Positions 49,443-58,439 of a DNA stretch of 64,000 bases are shown one piece after another. This DNA comes from an uncultured Alphaproteobacteria bacterium. Its GTDB lineage: Bacteria > Pseudomonadota > Alphaproteobacteria > Sphingomonadales > Sphingomonadaceae. Under the pieces are notes generated by a model. The model did not search any database. It worked only from the letters and a program-made list of their open reading frames with translations, and had not been told where the DNA came from. The stretch spans positions 127,817 to 191,816 of the forward strand of contig CAVZHP010000005.1 of assembly GCA_963775115.1 (NCBI GenBank). Direction: 5' to 3'. Position 1 is the first letter of the stretch, and every line of letters starts with the position of its first letter. The position numbers and the translations under genes are program-made.

Positions 49443-50843
49443 TTACGCAGCAAGGTCTTGCGGCTGTTCGGCGGGTTGGCCGCGAGTCATCGGCAGCTTG
49501 ATGGTGAAGGTCGACCCGATGCCGCGCTCGGAACTGACGGCAATCGAGCCGCCCATCATCGTGCAGAAGCGCCGCGTCAGGGCGAGGCCAAGGCCGGTCC
49601 CGCCGAATTTCTCGGAAGTGTCGTTTTCTGCCTGGCTGAAATCGGAGAACAGGCGGCTCAGCCCATCCCTGGTCATACCGATGCCGTTGTCGGCTACTTC
49701 GATGCGCAGCACTTCGCTGCCATCGTCGTCGTTGCGGATGCAGTTGACCGACAGCATGACGACGCCCTTTGTCGTGAATTTAGCGGCGTTGCTCAGCAGG
49801 TTGAGCACCGACTGACGCAATTTGAGCGCATCGAGCTGCAGTACGCCGAGATCCTCGGGCATATCGACGATAAGGCGATTCTCGCGGCGCTTCACCAGCG
49901 GCGCGGCGGTGGCGACGACGTCATCGACCAGCGAAGTCAGCCGGATCGGCTTCGCCAGCACTTCCAGTCGGTTGGCCTCGATCGAGGACAGGTCGATCAC
50001 GTCATCGACCAGCGCGAGCAAGTGACGGGCGGCGGCGCTGATCCGGTCGAGATCCGACATCTTGCGCTCGTCGCTGCCCTTGTCCTCGTAGGTTTCACGC
50101 AGCATTTCGGTGTAGCCGATCACCGCGTTGAGGGGCGTGCGCAGTTCGTGGCTCATCTTGGCGAGGAAGATCGATTTGCGCTTGCTGGCCAGTTCCGCCG
50201 CTTCCATCGCCTCGCGCAGCGACTGCAGCTTCATGCGCTGCGCATCGGTCTCAAGCTCGGCCTGGGCGCTGTTGCGCATAACCTTTTCGTAATAGAGCGA
50301 CAGGATCGTCATGTAGACCAGCGCCGCGCAAATCGAGAGAAGATTGGCGAATTTCAGGCTTTCCTGGGTCAGGATGTCGGGAAAATCACCGAGCAGCGCT
50401 CGCGCCGTGAAGAACAGGGCGAGCTGGGTGCCGACACCGGCAAGAATATAGGCGACTTTGTCCGCGAGGAAGAAGAAGCCGAGCCCCATGGCGATCAGGA
50501 ACCAGGGCAGGAACGGCGAGCTGATGCCGCCGAAGAAGAACGATCCGAACAGGCTGAGGCAGACCAGCATCTGCGCGCTCAGCATCGCCGGCGTCACCAG
50601 ATTTCCGGCCACCCGCAAGATCAGCGGGATGGCGAAGAAGCTGACCACCAGCGCCTCAGTCACCCAGAATTGCCAGGTCGAAACTGCGGTTGTGCGCGCG
50701 AGAAAATAGGTAACCGAGTGCCCCATCAGCGGCCCGATGAAGTGCAGCGCCACGAAGGTGCGCGCCATCAGCCGGTCTAAATCGCTCTCGCCGATCTGGT
50801 CTGGAATGAACCAGTCCACAAAATCCAGCAGCTTCTGAAACAT
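49443..50843 (-). CDS. Membrane sensor histidine kinase
   Basis: About 6 TM segments; SHELRTPLNA, NLLSNAAKFT, DNGIG, GTGLGL all intact. Confidence 0.9.
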   Translation of the reverse strand: MFQKLLDFVDWFIPDQIGESDLDRLMARTFVALHFIGPLMGHSVTYFLARTTAVSTWQFWVTEALVVSFFAIPLILRVAGNLVTPAMLSAQMLVCLSLFGSFFFGGISSPFLPWFLIAMGLGFFFLADKVAYILAGVGTQLALFFTARALLGDFPDILTQESLKFANLLSICAALVYMTILSLYYEKVMRNSAQAELETDAQRMKLQSLREAMEAAELASKRKSIFLAKMSHELRTPLNAVIGYTEMLRETYEDKGSDERKMSDLDRISAAARHLLALVDDVIDLSSIEANRLEVLAKPIRLTSLVDDVVATAAPLVKRRENRLIVDMPEDLGVLQLDALKLRQSVLNLLSNAAKFTTKGVVMLSVNCIRNDDDGSEVLRIEVADNGIGMTRDGLSRLFSDFSQAENDTSEKFGGTGLGLALTRRFCTMMGGSIAVSSERGIGSTFTIKLPMTRGQPAEQPQDLAA

Positions 50844-50956
50844 CGATATGCCCCCGTTCAGATCGGGAAGCCTAGCTAACAACGATTAAGGATGTGCAAA
50901 CTCGCCTGCTTTTCTCGACGGTTATTCGACGGCCGCCAGGCCCGCGCGCTACCCGA

Positions 50957-51247
50957 TCAACAGGAAACGATTTTCGCGCCGAAACGCCAGCCCACGGCCC
51001 AGCGGACTTCCGCCCGGACTGGGCCGCGATCGGGTATGATGACCTCGACCATGCTGCCAAGCCGGACCTTGCGTTCGCACTCGGCCATGAAACCGCCATC
51101 GGAAATGTTGGCCAGGCGGCCGATCAGCTCGCTGTCATTCTCGTCGGTGATGCGCACGGAGAAATCGCAGGCCCAGCGCGGTGCACGTTGCACGTGGCAA
51201 GCGGGAGCCCGGGCAGGCGTTTTGTCGACCGGATTGGCGGCTAGCAT
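50957..51247 (-). CDS. Stand-alone PilZ domain protein
   Basis: RAPR followed by NISDGG; 96 aa. Confidence 0.75.
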   Translation of the reverse strand: MLAANPVDKTPARAPACHVQRAPRWACDFSVRITDENDSELIGRLANISDGGFMAECERKVRLGSMVEVIIPDRGPVRAEVRWAVGWRFGAKIVSC

Positions 51248-51438
51248 TGGCAGAACTCCAGATTGCCGCCAAGGATCGGCTCAAATAGTTAATATTCTAA
51301 GACCCCGAAAAGTCCCCTCGCGATTACGAGCAATTGGCAAGCAGGCCGTTGGAAACCAACTGACTGGCCCGCACGGAATGCCTGGCGCCCGAGGCTGCTC
51401 TGTAGCGGCTTTGGCGCAGCTTGATTCCACCGCCAATA

Positions 51439-51453
51439 GAACATAATAAGAAC
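51439..51453 (+). promoter_or_regulatory. Alphaproteobacterial LexA (SOS) box
   Basis: GAAC-ATAATAA-GAAC (GAAC-N7-GAAC), 2 bp before the imuA ATG. Confidence 0.85.
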
Positions 51454-51455
51454 AC

Positions 51456-52232
51456 ATGGGAATCGCTTCATCTCTTGTAGCCAGGCATACGACGCCCGTT
51501 GGCGCTGTTCGCTGGCCCAGCGGCATTGCCTCGCTTGATGCGGCGCTTGCTGGCGGGCTCGCCTATGGTCGGGTGCATGAAATCCATGCGGTAGAGGCCG
51601 AAGACGCAGCGGCCGCCGCCGGTTTCACCATGGCATTGACAACTGCAATGGGGAAAGATGGTCAGACCGGCTTTTGGCTGCGCTCGCGCCACGACATTGC
51701 GCAAAGCGGTGTAATCCAGGCAAATGGCTGGACGGAGCTTGGCGGCCAGCCCGCAGACGGGATTTTCGGTATCGTTCCCGATAACATGGCGCTGCTGCGC
51801 GCTGCCGTGGATGCCTTGCGCCATTCTGCTCTTGGTGCCGTGGTCATCGAAAGCTGGGGGCGAATGCGTGAGTTCGACCTGACCGCCAGCCGCCGCCTTG
51901 CGCTTGCCGCCGAACGGTCAGGTGTGCCGCTATTCTTGCTGCGGATCGGTGCTGCACCGGTGCCCAGCGCAGCGCAGACCCGCTGGCAGGTGGCTGCCGC
52001 CCCTTCCCGGGCCTTGCCCGGCAACGCGCCGGGGCAGCCCTGTTTCGATGTGACCTTGTTGCGCCAGCGATCTGGCCCTTGTGGGCATTCCTGGCGTCTG
52101 GAGTGGGACCGTGACCGATGCCAATTTAGTGAAGCGCCGTTATCTGGCGCTGTGGTTCCCGTTCCTGCCAACCGACCGGTTACAGATCGAAGCCGGAGAT
52201 TACCGGGACAGAACGGCAGATACGTCGGCTGA
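51456..52232 (+). CDS. imuA: Translesion synthesis protein ImuA
   Basis: LD.AL.GGL..GRVHEI, ASRRL.LAAE, SAA.TRW; first gene of the cassette. Confidence 0.85.
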   Translation: MGIASSLVARHTTPVGAVRWPSGIASLDAALAGGLAYGRVHEIHAVEAEDAAAAAGFTMALTTAMGKDGQTGFWLRSRHDIAQSGVIQANGWTELGGQPADGIFGIVPDNMALLRAAVDALRHSALGAVVIESWGRMREFDLTASRRLALAAERSGVPLFLLRIGAAPVPSAAQTRWQVAAAPSRALPGNAPGQPCFDVTLLRQRSGPCGHSWRLEWDRDRCQFSEAPLSGAVVPVPANRPVTDRSRRLPGQNGRYVG

Positions 52233-53688
52233 CGCGCCGTTGGCCCTTGTCGTCAGGGTCCGGGGTGCATTACGTTTGGGAGCAGTCGATGCCCGGGCGC
52301 TGGCCTTGGGAATCCTTCCAGGCCTGACGCTGGCGGACGCGCGGGCCATGCAGCCCGATCTTCTCTTGGCCGAAATGGACAAGGCGGCGGACCGCCACTG
52401 CCTGCAGCGGTTGGCGCGGCATTGCATCAACTGGTCTCCGCTTGTCACTGCCGTCCCGCCCGGCGGGATCACTCTGGACATTGCCGGAGTGGACCATCTC
52501 TTCGGCGGCGAAGCCGGACTGGCCGCGCAGATCGAGGAAGCGATGCGCGTAATGGGCATGACGGCGCAGCTGGCCGTGGCCTCCACGCCTGAGGCCGCGC
52601 AAGCACTCGCTCGTCACACCCCGCTGCCAGCGGAGGATGAACGCCAAGCCATCCGCGCGCTGCCGGTCATCGCACTGGGGCTGGACGCGGACGCGGCCCT
52701 TGCACTGCGCCGGGCAGGGCTGAAGACCGTGGGCGATGTCGCGGCGCGTCCGATGGCGAGCATCGCCGCACGCTTCGGCGCGGCAACCGTAACCGCGCTG
52801 CGTCGGCTGACAGGCGAAGAGCAGATCCCGATCACGCCGCTGCCACAACCGCTGCCGCTCCATTTCGAGCGTCGTTTTGCTGAACCGATCGGCCATCGGA
52901 CGGCCATCGCCCAGTGCTTCGCAGACCTGTTGCGCGAAGCCGCTGACACATTGGCAGAGCGTGATCTGGGGGGGCGACGTTTTGCCCTCACCCTGTTCCG
53001 CAGCGATGGCGCGCGCCATCGGCTGGACATTGAAACCGGCCAACCCACGCGTGATCCCGCACTGGTTCTGCGCCTGTTCGATGAACGGATCGCAGCGCTC
53101 GCCGATCCGCTTGATCCCGGCTTCGGTTATGACAGCATCACCCTGTTCCTGCCGATCACGGAGCCGCTGGCCGCCAGCCAGCCCGAATTGGATGGGGCGC
53201 AGCAGGATGCCACGCAGTTGGCTGAACTGATTGACCGGCTGAGCACGCGGCTTGGCCCCGACAGCCTGCGCCGGCTTGTCCCTAATGCCAGCCATATCCC
53301 CGAACAGGCACAATTGGCCCTGCCCGCCGTGGAATGGCGCACTCCCATCCACTGGCCTACCCCGCCACAAGGCGAACCGCCGGTGCGGCCCCTGTTCCTG
53401 TTCGATCCGCCCCAGCCGGTCGAGGTTATCGCCGAAGTACCGGATGGCCCGCCACACCGTTTCCGCTGGCGGCGAAAACTGCATGAGGTGCGGCTTTACG
53501 AAGGGCCGGAGCGGATCGCTTCCGAATGGTGGCGGCACAAAGAGGGCGAACATCCCGGCAAGGGCGGGCTAACGCGCGATTATTACCGGATCGAGGATGC
53601 ATGCGGCCGACGTTACTGGATATTCCGCCACGGCTTGTATGAGGAAAAACCCGATCCGCGTTGGTATCTGCATGGTCTGTTCGCATGA
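52129..53688 (+). CDS. imuB: Y-family polymerase-like ImuB
   Basis: RYLALWFPFLPTDRL; C-terminal GPERI..EWW, RDYY.IED..G.RYW.FR.GLY; GTG start inferred. Confidence 0.9.
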   Translation: MKRRYLALWFPFLPTDRLQIEAGDYRDRTADTSADAPLALVVRVRGALRLGAVDARALALGILPGLTLADARAMQPDLLLAEMDKAADRHCLQRLARHCINWSPLVTAVPPGGITLDIAGVDHLFGGEAGLAAQIEEAMRVMGMTAQLAVASTPEAAQALARHTPLPAEDERQAIRALPVIALGLDADAALALRRAGLKTVGDVAARPMASIAARFGAATVTALRRLTGEEQIPITPLPQPLPLHFERRFAEPIGHRTAIAQCFADLLREAADTLAERDLGGRRFALTLFRSDGARHRLDIETGQPTRDPALVLRLFDERIAALADPLDPGFGYDSITLFLPITEPLAASQPELDGAQQDATQLAELIDRLSTRLGPDSLRRLVPNASHIPEQAQLALPAVEWRTPIHWPTPPQGEPPVRPLFLFDPPQPVEVIAEVPDGPPHRFRWRRKLHEVRLYEGPERIASEWWRHKEGEHPGKGGLTRDYYRIEDACGRRYWIFRHGLYEEKPDPRWYLHGLFA

Positions 53689-56600
53689 TTACGCCGCCTG
53701 CTTTCGCCGAACTTGCCTCCGCGACCAGCTACAGCTTCCTGCGCGGCGCATCGCATCCGGCGGAGATGGTCCATCAGGCGCGCGCGTTGGGCATGGCGGG
53801 TATCGGCATCGCCGACCGCAACAGTGTGGCGGGCGTGGTGCGCGCGCATATGGCCTGGCGCGAACTTGGCGGGGCGGACAGTGGGTTCCGCCTGGTGGTC
53901 GGCGCGCGGCTGGTCTTTGCCGACCAGACTCCGGATGTGATCGCCTATCCCGCCACCCGCCATGGCTGGGGGCGGCTGACCCGGTTGTTGACACTAGGCA
54001 ATCGCCGCGCGGAAAAGGGCGATTGCATCCTCAACCTGCCCGATCTGCTCGACCATGCGGAAGATCTCCTGCTGATCGTGACGGGCAACGACAGGACGGT
54101 GCTGGACCAGCTTGCCGAAGCGCGTCCCGGCGCGGTCTGGCTCGCTGCCACCATGCAGCGTGCGGGCGCGGATGCGCGGCGGCTGGCGGAATTGCAAGCG
54201 CTGGGCGCGGCCAGTGGTGTCCCCCTGATTGCCATCAACGATGCGCTCTATGCCCGGCCGGAGGCGCGGGTGCTGCACGACATCCTTACCTGCATCCGCA
54301 AAGGGGTGACCATCCACGACGCGGGCAAGCGCCTGCTCACCAATGCCGAGCGTCATCTGAAGGCGCCCGCCGAAATGACCCGCCTGTTCACCGCTTGCCC
54401 CGATGCCATCGCCGCCATCAGTGACATCCTCTCGCGTATCGTCTTCACGCTGGACGATCTACGCTACGAATATCCGCATGAGCCGGTGCCCGATGGCTGG
54501 AGCCCGCAGGGCTGGCTGGAGCATATGGTTCTGGAGGAGGCGCAGCACCGTTTCCCCGATGGCCTGCCCGATATCTGGCACCGCACAATCGAGGAAGAAT
54601 TCCGCCTCATCCGCGCCAAGCAATACGCACCCTATTTCCTGACCGTGCATGACATCGTGCGCCATGCACGCAGCCTCGATCCGCCGATCCTGTGTCAGGG
54701 GCGCGGCAGTGCGGCCAATTCGGTGGTGTGCTATCTGCTGGGCATCACTTCGGTCGATCCGGTGACGAACAAGCTGCTGTTTTCGCGCTTCCTTTCCGAA
54801 GAACGTGACGAGCCGCCCGATATCGACGTGGATTTCGAGCACGAGCGCCGTGAGGAAATCATGCAGTATATCTACGCCCGCTATGGCCGCGAACGGGCAG
54901 GGATCGCCGCAACCGTGATCCACTACCGCCCGCGCAGCACGATCCGCGAAGTCGGCAAGGCGCTGGGTCTGACCGAGGACGTGACGGCGCGGCTGTCTTC
55001 CACCATCTGGGGCAGTTGGGGCAGCGATGTTCCCGAAGTGCGCATGGCGGAGGCCGGTTTCGACATTGCCAATCCCGAAATCGCCCGGCTGAAGACGCTG
55101 GTCGATCGACTGCTCACTTTCCCCCGGCACCTGTCGCAGCATGTCGGCGGCTTCGTGCTCACCGAAGGGCGGCTCGACGAACTCGTGCCGATCCACAATG
55201 CCGTCATGCCGGACCGCACCTTCATCGAATGGGACAAGGATGACATCGACGCGCTGGGCCTGATGAAGGTCGATGTGCTGGCGCTGGGAATGCTCACCTG
55301 CATCCGCAAGAGTTTCGACCTGCTGCGCGCCCATAATCTTGGCGACCATGATCTGCAAAACGTGCCGCTGGAAGACCCGGAAGTTTACCGGATGCTTCAG
55401 CGCGGCGACAGTATCGGCACATTCCAGGTCGAGAGCCGGGCACAGATCGCCATGCTGCCACGAATGAAGCCCGCCTGCCTGTACGACCTCGTCATTCAAG
55501 TCGCGATCGTCCGCCCCGGCCCTATCCAGGGCGGGATGGTCCACCCTTATCTGCGCCGACGCAACGGAGAGGAAGTTACAATCTTCCCAAGCCCCGCTCC
55601 GCCGCACGACCCGGATGAACTGCGCGATGTGCTGGGCAAGACGCTGGGCGTGCCGCTGTTCCAGGAACAAGCGATGAAGCTGGCCATCGTGGCGGCGGGC
55701 TTCACCCCCGCACAGGCCGATGGCTTGCGCCGCGCTATGGCGACGTTCCGCAACCATGGCACCATCCATCGTTATCGGGAACTGATGTTGGGCGGCATGG
55801 TGGCGCGCGGCTACGATGCGGATTTTGCCGAGCGGTGCTTCGAGCAGATCAAGGGGTTCGGTGAATATGGTTTTCCTGAAAGCCATGCCCAGGCCTTCGG
55901 CTGGCTGGCTTATGTCTCCTCATGGCTGAAGTGTCGCCATCCAGCCGTATTCACCTGCGCACTGCTCAATTCGCAGCCGATGGGCTTTTATGCCCCCGCG
56001 CAACTGGTTCGCGACGCACAGGAACATGGTGTCGAAGTCCACGCGGCGGATGTAAACACCAGCGATTGGGATTGCACGCTGGAGGCGCGCGAGGGTGGTA
56101 TGCTTGCCCTGCGTCTGGGCCTGTCGCGCATAGGCGGCTTTCGCGAGGGTTGGGCAAAAACCATAACAGCGGCACGCACCAATGGCCGCTTTACCTCGTT
56201 GGAGGGGTTAGCGCGCCGCGCCGGTCTGCCCTCCGCCGCACTACGCAAGCTGGCCGATGCCGACGCCCTAGGATCGCTGAGCAAGAACCGCCGCGATGCC
56301 TTCTGGGAGGCAGGACGCACGCCATCCACGCAATTGCCGCTGTTTACCTTCGCGGATGCGCCGGAACTGGGGCATGAACCCGATGCCACATTGCCCGTCA
56401 TGCCGCTGGCCGAGGAAGTGGTCGCCGATTACCAGACCACTCGCCTGTCGCTGAAAGGGCATCCCATGCAATTCCTGCGCGCCGCTCTGGCGAAGGAAGA
56501 CGTCCTGTCCTGTGCCGAAGCAAATGCCCTGCCCGATGGTCGCAAGGCACGGGTGGCGGGCGTGGTTCTCATCCGCCAGCGCCCCGGCAAGGGCAACGCG

Positions 56601-56921
56601 GTGTTCATCACGATCGAGGACGAAACCGGCATCGTCAACGCTCTGCTCTGGGCACGCGACATGGAACGCCAGCGCCGCGCCGTGATGTCCGCGCGACTCA
56701 TGCTGATCGAGGGCGAAATCCAGCACAGCAAGGAAGGCGTGGTTCACCTGATAGTGGGCCGCGTCATCGACCGTACGGCGATGCTCGACGATCTTTCCGA
56801 ACAGGATCGCCACGCTCCTGCGCATTCCCATGGCGACGAAGTCCTGCACCCCCAACACCCCCGTGCACACAGACACCCCCGCGACGCCCGGATCATGCCG
56901 CGCTCGCGTGATTTTCACTGA
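53685..56921 (+). CDS. dnaE2: Error-prone DNA polymerase DnaE2 (ImuC)
   Basis: SYSFLRGASHP, GRGSAANS, PPDIDVDFEH, GFPESHA, C-terminal SRDFH. Confidence 0.97.
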   Translation: MITPPAFAELASATSYSFLRGASHPAEMVHQARALGMAGIGIADRNSVAGVVRAHMAWRELGGADSGFRLVVGARLVFADQTPDVIAYPATRHGWGRLTRLLTLGNRRAEKGDCILNLPDLLDHAEDLLLIVTGNDRTVLDQLAEARPGAVWLAATMQRAGADARRLAELQALGAASGVPLIAINDALYARPEARVLHDILTCIRKGVTIHDAGKRLLTNAERHLKAPAEMTRLFTACPDAIAAISDILSRIVFTLDDLRYEYPHEPVPDGWSPQGWLEHMVLEEAQHRFPDGLPDIWHRTIEEEFRLIRAKQYAPYFLTVHDIVRHARSLDPPILCQGRGSAANSVVCYLLGITSVDPVTNKLLFSRFLSEERDEPPDIDVDFEHERREEIMQYIYARYGRERAGIAATVIHYRPRSTIREVGKALGLTEDVTARLSSTIWGSWGSDVPEVRMAEAGFDIANPEIARLKTLVDRLLTFPRHLSQHVGGFVLTEGRLDELVPIHNAVMPDRTFIEWDKDDIDALGLMKVDVLALGMLTCIRKSFDLLRAHNLGDHDLQNVPLEDPEVYRMLQRGDSIGTFQVESRAQIAMLPRMKPACLYDLVIQVAIVRPGPIQGGMVHPYLRRRNGEEVTIFPSPAPPHDPDELRDVLGKTLGVPLFQEQAMKLAIVAAGFTPAQADGLRRAMATFRNHGTIHRYRELMLGGMVARGYDADFAERCFEQIKGFGEYGFPESHAQAFGWLAYVSSWLKCRHPAVFTCALLNSQPMGFYAPAQLVRDAQEHGVEVHAADVNTSDWDCTLEAREGGMLALRLGLSRIGGFREGWAKTITAARTNGRFTSLEGLARRAGLPSAALRKLADADALGSLSKNRRDAFWEAGRTPSTQLPLFTFADAPELGHEPDATLPVMPLAEEVVADYQTTRLSLKGHPMQFLRAALAKEDVLSCAEANALPDGRKARVAGVVLIRQRPGKGNAVFITIEDETGIVNALLWARDMERQRRAVMSARLMLIEGEIQHSKEGVVHLIVGRVIDRTAMLDDLSEQDRHAPAHSHGDEVLHPQHPRAHRHPRDARIMPRSRDFH

Positions 56922-57041
56922 CGAAACCCATGCAAACCGCGGCTCACGCCATTCACAATTGCAGCAAAGTTTGGAGAGATTGCGCGAGAGAGGCCAAGTC
57001 AGTATGACTTATTATCATATATCAATGGCTTATGTGAAATT

Positions 57042-57059
57042 TGGCGGAGAGGGTGGGAT
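57042..57059 (-). repeat. att-site duplication of the tRNA-Ser 3' end
   Basis: Identical to 60519-60536. Confidence 0.9.
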
Positions 57060-58439
57060 ACTGCATCGTCTGTATAATATTTCGTAACATCAGTTAGTTA
57101 TACAGACGTGCCTTTGGCATTTTGTAGCACACTTTGTAGCAAATTCGTGCGGGCCAAATCTCAGCCATGCGTTACAGCACGCTTTGGTAGGAGCGCCCTG
57201 CGCGCGTCCACAAACCCGCCAAGTTCGAATGCCAAGTCGTCCGCCATGCTCCGATGATTTGCGATCTGCAGTGGCCGGCTGCGATGACTGAAATTGGCAG
57301 TGTCCCGACCGAAAGCTTCCAAGTAACGCCGAGGGTTGGCTGCCTTCGCTCATTGCTGCGAGCGATGGCGGTTTCCGACCAATCCCGGCCATAGAATGAC
57401 TGGAAAGCGCCACTCATAAGCAGCCGTTCGGGGGCACCTCCGTCTTGGCTGCTTCGCGCCCACTTTCAGTCATAGCCGGCGCCGATTTGGACGCCTGGTA
57501 GCTGACGGTCCGCTTTGGGCGTCACACCCATGCGGCGGTGGCTTTCACTGGGTGGGATTGACTGTCCGGAACTGATTGGAAACTTGAAATGCGACCATCA
57601 GCCGAGTGACATGACTGAGCCCGCGTCCGGTTAATTTAGTTTCGGTTAGCGATGCTCATTCGGCCTAGGAAAAGTAAAAAAACCCCCGCGGCTGGCGGGG
57701 GCAAGTTTATCGTCCGATGGGAGAACCTTGTTCAGACAATGAAATTTCCTGTTCGCGATGCCGCCAGACTACCAGATGTCAGCGAGAGTCTCGGCAACCC
57801 CGTTCATGGTCGCCAGCATGGAATGCACATATCCACAACTGGCTGGACACTACGGGGATGCACGAGCTACGCTGTGGGTTGCGCTGGCAGGGCGTCAAAG
57901 CTTCGGTAAGCAAGGCACCGGCAATCGAGGTGCGGGAGGTCAACTTTTCTGCGATACGCAACGATCTACCAAGAGGTGTTCGGATGATCTCGACCAGGCA
58001 GCGAGAACGCCAAATTTCCGATCGACAGCGAAGCTACGATCTTCGCTTTCTCGAATTTTAAACGCGGCGGCGTACAGGCCTGGATGAATCGACATCATCT
58101 TACCTTGTGATATTCCGGCCTTGAAGTGCCTTAGCGTGCCAACCGCCTCGTTGTTCGGCAAACCGCCGCTCAACCCAGCGAGGCGGCGCGCATGCTGCTC
58201 CTGCCGCGCCGGACGCAAGACCACCGACGTTCAACGCACCGACTTCGTCGAAAGGCGCGATCAGCACGTATCGGGCGGACCGAAGCGGCTGGCAAGAGCT
58301 CGATCCGGTGAGGTATCAACTTGGATACCGGGCGGATCATCGGTCGAGCGAAACCGAACGCCTGGTGCACCGTGAATCTCTCAAATAGCTCTCGCTCTCC
58401 GCGGATTCTTCATTTCGGTAGGTTCGGAGGATTAGAACC

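Noticed and set aside
57090-58400. Short ORFs in the island's left part (57090-57413, 57717-58061, 57940-58224, 58170-58370)
   Set aside because: No recognisable domains, atypical composition and mutually overlapping; probably decayed gene remnants.
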